The translations under genes were made by a program, and so were the position numbers. Shown in pieces: positions 53,905 to 64,000 of a DNA stretch of 64,000 bases. Source of the stretch: Octopus sinensis (taxonomy: Eukaryota); assembly GCF_006345805.1 (NCBI RefSeq), contig NC_043017.1:1674001-1738000 (forward strand). The letters run 5' to 3'. Position 1 is the stretch's first letter. Each line of letters opens with the position of its first letter. The notes below the pieces were generated by a model that did no database searches, was not told the origin of the DNA, and saw nothing but the letters and a program-made list of their open reading frames with translations.

Positions 53905-54060
53905 TACGACGGGCTTCTTTCAGTTTCCGTCTACCAAGGCTTTAGTCGGCCTGAGGTTATAGCAGAAGACATTTACCCAAGGTGCCACGCAGTGGGACTG
54001 AACCCGGAACCATGTGGTTGATAAGCAAGCTACTTACCACACAGCCACTCCTGCGCCTAT
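53905..54060 (-). mobile_element. SINE family B 5' half
   Basis: gacgggcttctttcagtttccgtctacc..cacagccactcctgcgccta. Confidence 0.9.
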
Positions 54061-54238
54061 GAAGATATATATATGATTTAAATAATAAATGGGGAAAAAA
54101 CCATCACGGACCAGTTTAAACCATACAATGATCGATAGCGTTTAGAATTATAGACTGTTTTGGCATTAAGTAAAAATAGATTTGCCGATGGAAAGAATAG
54201 AATGGAAAAATAATAATAATGATGATAATAGTAACAAT

Positions 54239-54302
<64 letters not shown>

Positions 54303-54595
54303 CATCAAAGAAGTTTTTGAATAATAAAGAAGGCACACGCATGTATTAGTAAAGAAATAACTCAACTAATCTATTGAAATATATTGGCTCCTTCGTAGAA
54401 AACAAGTATTTACATCACGAACAATGCTCGCAAAAGAATCAAAGACAAGCGAAATTCATATAAAACTATATTTGGACAAAGCAGACGATAAAATTACAAG
54501 TTTTGATTTCAGACTTCAAATCTGAATGTTCAGTTAGCAAGTCAGCTCGCTAGAATTGCATTGTTTAAACGAAGAGAAGGTGGGGGGAGGGTCAG

Positions 54596-54669
<74 letters not shown>

Positions 54670-55009
54670 GTAACTATATACGTGTTGTATTTTTTTGTCT
54701 TATGGATTATTTTGCATAGTTATTTTTTTTGTTTAGTTTTTAAATATTCGTTTTTTGTTTTGTTCCATTTTTAGCAGAAATGTTTTGGGTTGTTTTTTTT
54801 AATCGCCCTGCTGTAGTGTTTGTTAGGAATAGAGTCAGATGGACAAAAGACAAAAAAAAAGGAAGGTTGTCTATAAGAGAGAAAGAAATGGAAATCCATT
54901 AAATCCATTTAATGTTTTATTTCTTCCTCTTAATCACTCCTCTTAATGTGTTTCTAAGCTAATTTCCATTATTGCAGGAATATGTTAATTTTTAGTTATT
55001 ATCATCATC

Positions 55010-55019
55010 ATTATCATCA

Positions 55020-55092
<73 letters not shown>

Positions 55093-55170
55093 TGTTATTA
55101 TTATTATTATTATATTATTATTATATTATTATTATTATGATTATTATTATTTTTTTTATTATATTATTAT
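55010..55170. repeat. (TAT)n microsatellite
   Basis: Direct reading. Confidence 0.96.
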
Positions 55171-56109
55171 TATTATTATTTTATCGTCTTCATCATCATC
55201 CACACTCGTCGTCATCATCACCTTGGTCAATTTCATCGTCATCATCATCATAGTCATCATTATCATTATTATTTTTATCATTGTCATTGTGTTATTATTA
55301 TTGTTGTTGTTGTTATAATCATCACCGCCACCACCACGGTCTTCCTTATCATTATTACATTATACTATAAGTATTTCCTGAGACTGATAAGGTTCATAGC
55401 TTGTCGAATGTCTGAGCTATAGACCGTAATGTAGATGGTTCTTACCCCGTTAACAGGTGATGAAGTCTATGCATAACTAATGCATTTTCCTCTTTTTATT
55501 CACAGAAAACAGAGTGATGATACTAGTGAGTATGGCATACATACAGTCATTAGACTGTCAGTATATAGAAAGTAAAATCTGAATAAACCAAACAGTGTAA
55601 ACCCAATAATACAAGATGTATAGTAAATAACAAATACTCCATAAATAATAGCAATTTTATTCTGAGCAACGCATAAGGCCCTCATTTATGAAAGAGAGTG
55701 AAGTGTGGATATCAATAACCCAGGACTTGTCACACGCATTTTATTTTATTGCTCGCCTAAAGGCTAAAACCCAAGTTGAACTCAGCGGAATGCTATCTTC
55801 AAAAAGAAGTGTAAATGGTTTGAAGGAAGCACTAATTCATAGTTCAAAGTTTAAACTGTTCGCTTTAAAATCCTCATTTTTTTGCACGTCCCATTTCTCC
55901 TCTTTTGTACTCATGATTCGTTTTTGCTCATTTTATACAGCAGCAGCTTATCTTACTGATATAGAGAAATCGAATAAAATTATCGAAAGCTAAAGAAATT
56001 ATGAATTTGTATAATCACAAGTGGGGAAATGGTGGGTTTCAATTTCTGTCGTCTCTTTCTTCTGTTTTTTGAATGGCCACGTGTCATCTATAAGTAATTA
56101 TATAGTATA

Positions 56110-56147
<38 letters not shown>

Positions 56148-56150
56148 GTA

Positions 56151-56718
56151 TAGAAGGAGCTTCTACAGGACTAGAACTGTTTCATTCAAGAGAAATCTTC
56201 AGGAAGCTAGTTAACAAGAATTGTATTGCATTTATACATTTAGGCAGGTTTAAAGGGGTGGTGGGGGGGACTTTTTGGGGGTAGGCATAGCGCAAAATAT
56301 CATACTTGGGGGAGTGGTCAAGGAGTCAGTGGTAAATTAGATAAAAGAATAAATAAAAAAAATAAAAAAATATATATAAAAAAGAATAGAGTTTTAGGTA
56401 AATTCTTTTTTATATATATATTTTTTATTTTTTTTATTTATTCTTTTATCTAATTTACCACTGACTCCTTGACCACTCCCCCAAGTATGATATTTTGCGC
56501 TATGCCTACCCCCAAAAAGTACCCCACCACCACCCCTTAAACCTGCCTAAATGTATAAATGCCAATACAATTCTTGTTAACTAGCTTCCTAGAAGATTTC
56601 TCTTGAATGAAACAGTTCTAGTCCTGTAGAGCTCCTTCTATATAATAAATTAATTTTACTCTGCTATGTATTGAGTACCTTATTACTGTGGTTAACCCCG
56701 AATCAACCCGGGACCTAC
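56151..56718. mobile_element. Foldback hammerhead element: ~237-bp inverted arms (56151-56387 / 56402-56640) with 14-nt spacer, full arm continuing to 56718
   Basis: Arms are near-perfect reverse complements; HHR at 56158-56208 (-) intact, copy at 56583-56633 (+) has 1-nt indels. Confidence 0.88.
56158..56208 (-). ncRNA. Type-I hammerhead, intact core
   Basis: Exact reverse complement of the 7418-7468 motif. Confidence 0.8.
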
Positions 56719-56719
56719 A

Positions 56720-56779
<60 letters not shown>

Positions 56780-56810
56780 TATAAAATATAAACACATATA
56801 ACACACTATC

Positions 56811-57366
56811 CTTTTCTACTCGGCACAAGGCTCGAAACATCGGGAGGGGGGCACCAGTCGATCAGATCGACCCCAGTATGCTACTACTGCTTAATCTATC
56901 GAACTCGAAAAGATGAAAGGCAAAGTCAACCTCGGCGGAATTTGAACTCAGAACGTAAAGATAGACGAAATACCTATTTCTTTACTACCCACAAGGGGCT
57001 AAACACAGAGGAGACAAACAAGGACAAACAAACGAATTAAGTCGATTACACCGACCCCAGTGCGTAACTGGTACTTATCTAATCGACCCCCTCGGCGGAA
57101 TTTGAACTCAGAAGGTAGCGGCAGACGAAATACCTATTTCTTTATTACCCACAAGGGGCTAAACACAGAGGGGACAAACAAGGACACACATAGGTATTAA
57201 GTCGATTACATCGACCCCAGTGCGTAACTGGTACTTAATTTATCGACCCCGAAAGGATGAAAGGCAAAGTCGACCTCAGCGGAATTTGAACTCACAACGT
57301 AACGCAGACGAAATACCGCTAAGCATTTCGCCCGGAGTGCTAACGTTTCTGCCAGCTCACCGCCTT
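56811..57366 (-). mobile_element. Three tandem SINE-A units
   Basis: Full head at 57366; identical junctions gaaatacctatttc at 56967-56980 and 57127-57140. Confidence 0.93.
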
Positions 57367-60074
57367 CACACACAGACATATTGACATGCATATTTACATA
57401 CTTGTGTGTGTGTGTTTGTATGTGTGTGTGTATAAATATATACGCACATATACATACATGTAAATATGTAAGCATGCATGTATGTATGCATATATTATGT
57501 ATTGAAATAAATAATTAATGTTTTACGAGATTTTTGTGAGGGTATTTTTGTAATTTTCCTTGTTTTTTCCTTTACGGTCTTCGATTCCAATGGCAGAGCA
57601 TGCAAAATTTCTTTGTCTGAAAACTAAACTAGGCATAAAGATATTGGTTCTTAAACAGAGGAAATAATAACAAAGCGCACAAAAATAATTGCAAAATAAC
57701 ATTAATAAAATATGCAAACTTAACACAAGAAAGCATTCACTGTTTATCTTTCTGTTTTTGCTTGTCTGTCTGTTTCTCTCCCTCTCACTCTCTCACTCTC
57801 TTACTCTTTCTCGCTATCTTATTCACTTTCTCTGTCTTTCTCTGTATCTGGCTCTGGTATGGTTTTGATTGAGAATGGGCTGATCACGTGTTTAGACCAG
57901 GGATCCTTTTTAACCTATATAGTCCCAGCGACAACAATAACTGCTAAGGATTTATAATTAAACACACACACGCATCAACCCCACTGATATGTGTGTGTGT
58001 GTGTGTGTCTGTGTGTGTATGTGTGTGTGTGTATGTGTGTGTGTGTGTGTGTATGTGTGTCTGTTAGTCAACTGTTAGTCACGGGTAAGCACTTATCTAT
58101 TGATCGACAAGGGAGAACAAACTCCCCACAACATGCGTTGAGTGTCAAATTATCGATGATTTCGGATTGAGTGACACTTACTCCCTTACCTAAGTTTGGC
58201 TGGAACTCACCTTGTCATCTGTTTTGACTCCTATTTCTAGCAAAGTTGGTGCTGATTTGCACCCGTAGTCACTTCGGTGATGTTCGTACTTCTGCCTTTT
58301 GGTTTTTAAATTGCCGATAGCCTCTCTTAATAATTTATAATTTTCGTTTTACCAGTTTACAGTATCGGCAAATGATTCTCGTATTGTTTGTTACGAACTG
58401 ACAAGGCGGGTTCCATTCAACCCTAGGCAACACAGTAAGTGTCACTGATGGGCAATAACTCAATCCGAAATCATCTGACAATCTTTGGTTGTGCGGATTT
58501 GGGGTATTTAGAATCCACAACGCACTCTTCACGGATATTTGCGGCCCGTGTGAATTGTATGGCCGTATGTATGAATGTATTGTGTGTGTAAGTATGTATG
58601 GTGTGTGAGTCTGCGAATGTGGGTTGGTTTGAAATACTTAATTAATTGAAATTTGCCTTTCATTTTCAGAAAGAATTCGAGAACCTATTTTAAATCTTTA
58701 GAAATCTTTAGCGGGTTTCTTCACCTTAAAAAATGAGAAAATTTCGAGATATCGTGAATTTATTAAAAAGCTAAACATTTAATTTTCGTGCATCCATTAC
58801 GCATCAGATTTCCCATTAGGCGCAAAGAATCAAATTATTTTTAATTTGATTCTTGCTTTCTTGAAATCAATACTCCTTTTGTGTGTGGTGTGTGTGTGTG
58901 TGTGTGTGTCCGTGTGTGTGTGTGGATGGGGGACGTGTGTGCGTGTGTGTCCGTCTATATGTGTGTGTGGTGTCCGTCTATATGTGTGTGTATGTGTGTC
59001 TTTGTGTGTGTGTGTGTGCGTGCATGTGTTTATCAATGAAGTGCCGTTTGGGTTTTGCTTCCTTCCTCCAACGAAAACGCGAAATGCAATGCATTAAGAA
59101 TGATGTGCCATACATTATTTAATACATCAACACATATTTGACTTACTCAATGCATGTCATATGGCGGATTTCGATTATTTGCCCTTGATTCACATTTGTA
59201 TAATATTAACATCATACCACTTACTGCGGGAAAATATCCTCACCTCCTTTTTCTACAAGTAAAGATCAAACGAGTTACTGCTTGTTGTATACTTCTCTGT
59301 AATATCGAAACATGTTCGTATCCTTCCCTGACGAAATCCAATAATACTGAAACATATTCGGTTTCCTACAATCAGTATCCCCACTATCGAAGATCAATAT
59401 TCCTCCTAAATATCAGAAAAAAAGGATTCTTAACAAAGTCAGTTTTTATTCTTATCTTTCCTTTGCTTTCTGATTCATTAACAATTGTCACTTCGTTTCT
59501 TTAGCTTGTCCCCGACTAAGAGACCAATATCAATGCATTTACCTTTTCTTTTGATTTCTTTAGCATATTATTCAGGTCATTATTACGTTCTTGTCAACTT
59601 AAGGCACTGTATAGACATATTTATGTAATTCCCATCAGTCCACTTTTATTATACACACATTTGGTAACGTTTGTACTTCTGCCTTTCGGTTTTTAAATTG
59701 CCGATAGTCTCCTTAATAATTTATAATTTTCACTTTACAAGTTTATGGTATCGGCAAATAATTCCCATGGCAAATGATTCCCATATTGTTTGTTACAATT
59801 CCCATATTGATTGTTAAATAATATAAATTTTGTCCTATTGAAAAAAGAAATTTGTAGTATCTCACTTCCAGTCGTATTGCTGAGCGCCCTGATGTCCCGT
59901 CAAGACTATTTCTGCATCTTCGTCCAGCGGTGAATTGTTGTCAGATATGCTAGTTAACCCACAGTTTCGACCATGATAGGGGCTGCTGTTTCGAGTGGGA
60001 GCAGACCTGAAAACAATAATGGCTGAAAGATGGTTCAAATCCCTGTAACTTCCGAAACAGCTTCAGTTTTGTTT

Positions 60075-60340
60075 CTATCCCTGAGTTGGATCGTTTGGAA
60101 TTCTAGACAATAGAGAAGGAACAATTGCATTTTGAAGACATCAGTGTCGGCACATCTTGTAGGTCTCTTAATCTTTCGTTCGCACATTAAAACGTTGTGG
60201 ACTTTTGCACTGTAATCTGTTGTAGTATCCAATAGCAAATCTTTGCAGCGAGGATGGCATCTTAGGAACTGTACGAAGATTGATATGACTTTCCATGGTA
60301 AAGTTTGTGGAAGTCCTTCCAATAGCTGACCTGTTGCACT
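60075..60340 (-). mobile_element. Highly decayed CR1 3' end
   Basis: TVPKMPSS..YYNRLQCKSPQRFN..TDVFKMQL..LLSRIPNDPT parallels the 48250-48400 peptide. Confidence 0.6.
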
Positions 60341-61984
60341 GAGTCAATCCTAGTGTAGCAGCGTTTAATTGTTCCCCTTTCCTCCATTCATTTTACTCTA
60401 TTTGGTGGCAAGAATGGCGGGTAATATTCTAGATGATCGAGCGAGAATGTCCTATATAGAGAGAGAGAGCAGTCTGCCATTTCTTATCATTTGTTCTCAA
60501 AGTTTTTAGAATCCTTCCAAGCAAGTTGCCTCCGAATGATATGTTCTTGAAAAGACGCGTTATTACTCACCCGAATGCGCAATCACACACCGACTGTGAG
60601 TCTTGGAATACAGCCGCCCCACTCCTGCTCTAGTTTAAATTATCTGCATTTTATTACCTTGCACGCTGATATCGGTGACCGCGCAATCTTTCAATATCAA
60701 ATATTTTCTTCAGCCCATTTATATATATGTATAGCATTTATATCGTGTTACAGGTTTATATCGTCTGCGTAACTTGGGGCTGTGCCTCTCTTACGTGCAA
60801 AAGAGTCCCAGAATGAGTAAGGGAAAATTCGACGTAAATTCTTGTGCTGTTTGGCCTACCATATTTTGTTGAAACCACTTTCTCAGTTTGTAGTGCATTT
60901 GAATCAAAACCCTATAATTACGTAACTGCAATGAAAAAACAAATAAACACCCAACCATGCTGGAAAAGTGTCATCCTCACCATTTTGTCATTATGAGTGA
61001 ATGTAGAAAATGTAGAAAACGAAAACTTGTTTAATTGCAGGTTAAGTAGGTTTACCTAATTAATAAATTGACTTCACGTATCAACAACAGGTAATATTTA
61101 ACTGACATTAATTAGCTAATGTAGCTCCATTACTATTACTAAGCTGTCATGAACGCGGCCTGATCACGGATTTGACAATTAAGCACCAAACTCGTATGGA
61201 TGTGTGTGTGTGGGGGGGGTGTATCTGCGTGTAGACAAGCGCTGAGCCCGTTTTCAATATTTTTCTCTTAAAGACGTATTAAAAACGACAGGCTGCCTCT
61301 GCATACAAACACACACACACACACATACACGAAAACTCATAACACACGCATGAACTCACATACACATATATACATATACACATGCATACATATGTCCATA
61401 TTTGCAGGTTTGTCTAAGTGTGTGTACAGTGTACAGGTGAAAGCTAAGCTCACAATCTATATTTTATATTCCTAAAGCGTTTTAAAAGTTTAAAGCTGGA
61501 ATACACACATACATACTTACACACATACATGCATACAGTCCTATATACACTGACAATTGTATATTCCCATTTTCTATTCATTTTATATACACACGCACAC
61601 ACACACATATTGATATATGTACATATATATATATATTATATATATATATATATTATATATATATATATATATTATATATATATATATATATATAAGTATA
61701 TATACACATTTATATATACATATATATACACATATATATAGATATACATGTATATGTACATATATATATATATATATTTATATATGTACACACACACAGT
61801 GACACATATGGAGACGCACATCCTTACGTAGTAGACGCACGTACATAGTCACACAAAACTTTATACATAGACACACTCAAACACGCACGCACAAGGAGAC
61901 ATAGGTACACACACACCACACACACAACATGCACACAAAAACACATGATATCCAGAATATATACACACGTAAACACACGCATAC

Positions 61985-62039
<55 letters not shown>

Positions 62040-62475
62040 CATACACGCACATGCAAACATACATACAGGAATCTATACATACATAAGTGGATTCACAAGC
62101 TTGAGGACCACGCATGCGCACAAACCAATAAATGAACGCATCTCCGACAACGATAACGGCAGAGTCAACAATTGTTGAAGAGTTTGCCAGAAGCAACGAA
62201 AATTTTTGAAAAGAAAGAAGTAAATGAGTGGAAATCGAACCAGCGTGTGTGTTAATTATACGGCATTAAAACCGGATGACTCTCCTCAGATACAACAAAA
62301 TATGCTACAGCACACGAATTTACACAGTGTATCTGGCAAAGCAAATACAAAAACGAAATATATATGTATAAATATATACACCCAGAACCACACTGGTAGC
62401 TCAAGAGTCAAATTTAGAATTTCTTACTTTTCTGTGAATTGATTTTGACAGAACTTTTCCCAGCTGATTTCCAAA

Positions 62476-63790
62476 CTGTGGCAACACCATTGTTATGCTT
62501 TCATTATTCTGTGTAACGTCCTGCCTTTTTTTTTTTTATTTCAGACTCTTTTGCTTTTGGTGGACCACTGTAATAGCTTTTAAATGAAAATATCCCATCT
62601 AGACATTTTATTTTTTCAGTAAACGAAGGTTAAGGATACATATTAAACATACATTGAGTATTTATTTAATAGAAAACCATAATGATATTATAACATCTAC
62701 TGAAATAATGAATTATTTAACCACATGGGCGCCATAATGACAGATAACTTCAAAAACCATATTAGTCATGGAATCTGTCAATAGTAGCAGGTGCGGTCTG
62801 CTGCATCTTTGGAGGTCGCCCATAAGATATCTATCAACACAAAGTGTTGCCCATCAGCATAAACATCTTATTTAATAATTGACCAAAGATTTTTGATAGA
62901 GTTAAGATCCGGAGATGCTAGCGGCCACACCATCAATCTTTCACCTTTTTTGCTGTAAGACCTTAGGAATGTATAGGTGGTCCTTGCAGAGTGGGAGGGG
63001 GCGTTGTCAGGTATGAATATGCGATTCCTTAGAAAATGACAATAGTATGTCATCTAGCCAGGGATCCAGTAGGCGGCTGCGGTCACTTTAACCCCTTCAG
63101 GCACCCTGACTTGGCCAACAATTCTATTCCCAATGATACCACCCCACAACATGACTCATCCGCCCTATTGTTGATATCGTAAACGTTGGTGACACTCATC
63201 TCCAAAAGAAATATAAATAAACCCAAACATTTTCCCAACTGTCCGGTTCGTCAAGAGTCGTCCTGGTTTCGTCAATGAACAGAACACAACTCCAGTCTAA
63301 CGTCGTGTACTTTTGGTCTCATCGAAGTCCCAAACTCTTGTGAGGAGGCAGTTTCATAGGTCCTCGCACGGAAGATAAGGTCTCGAGGATGCGATTTCTG
63401 ATGGTTTTCGGTACTTGAGGAAGTTCGGAGGCAGAGAAAATGGTTTTGCATGTTTGACCAGGTTTCCCACGTAAGTTGCGGCTGATATTCCTTAATTCCC
63501 TAGCTGTCACAGTCTTGGAGGTCCCACAATCGGACGTTTCTCCCTTGGCACTCATGTGGCTTAATAATTCATTATGTCAATAAATGTATTATTTTTATGG
63601 CTTTCTGTTAAATATATACTCGATGTATGCTTAATATTAACGTTCATTTTCTGAAAACAAACAAAAAATGTCTAGATGGGCTATTTTGAGTCAAAAGCTA
63701 TTAGCATGGTTGACTAAACTGAAGAATCTAAAATAAAAAAGAAAGGATGCTACACATAAAAATGAAAACGTAACAATGGTGTCGCCACAG
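62476..63790 (-). mobile_element. Near full-span Tc1-type DNA transposon with DD37E spacing (TRT-like), defective
   Basis: TIRs ctgtggc(a/g)acaccattgtta at 62476-62495 and 63771-63790 (19/20) with longer imperfect sub-terminal IRs and TA on the right; peptides VLFIDETR, DNAPSH..WPLASPDLNSI(K)NLWSIIK. Confidence 0.9.
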
Positions 63791-63904
63791 TATGCAGACC
63801 AGCTTGGAAGAGTTTTATCAAACTCGATTCACAGAAAACCGAGAAATCCTAAATTCAACTCCTAAGCTATTAACGTGGTTTTGGGTGCATATAATTATAT
63901 TATG

Positions 63905-64000
63905 CAAATCGACCCCAGGACTTATTCTTTGTAAGCCTAGTACTTCTTCGGTCGGTCTCTTTTGCAGAACCGTTAAGTTACGGGGATGTAAACACACCAG
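63905..64000 (-). mobile_element. SINE family B 3' part, cut by the window edge
   Basis: gcaaatcgaccccaggacttattctttgtaagcctagtact..gtaaacacaccag. Confidence 0.9.

Noticed and set aside
55690-55870. Possible mariner N-terminus remnant
   Set aside because: Too degenerate to support as a feature
59324-59360. CTGACGA...GAAA
   Set aside because: No stem pairing

Overview
AT-rich eukaryotic genomic DNA dominated by microsatellites ((AT)n, (GATA)n, (CATA)n, (AAT)n, (TAG)n, (GAA)n) and decayed transposable elements. The SINE families and microsatellite load look like an octopod cephalopod (Octopus) genome; this is recognition from memory, not a database result. No host protein-coding gene can be supported: the supplied ORFs are simple-repeat artefacts or TE fragments, so the window is probably intergenic or intronic. 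Recognisable TEs: three or four tRNA-derived SINE families; non-LTR fragments of the RTE, CR1, R4/Dong and Hero-like clades; Tc1/mariner relics with DD34D, DD36E and DD37E spacing. The most interesting unexplained signal is about 15 type-I hammerhead ribozyme (HHR) motifs from roughly 8 unrelated short repeat families. Most sit against (AT)n tracts. Several have palindromic dimer-type stem III, several have non-canonical cores (CCGA, CUGU), three belong to a recurring foldback element, one lies downstream of a tRNA-like Pol III head, and one pair lies back-to-back on opposite strands. Together they suggest a diverse set of Penelope-like/retrozyme-like non-autonomous elements. Other notable features: SINE multimers with a fixed palindromic junction, a 3' tail shared by three repeat families, and an RTE flanked by an apparent ~170-bp target duplication. 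All folds and alignments were done by eye and coordinates of decayed elements are approximate.
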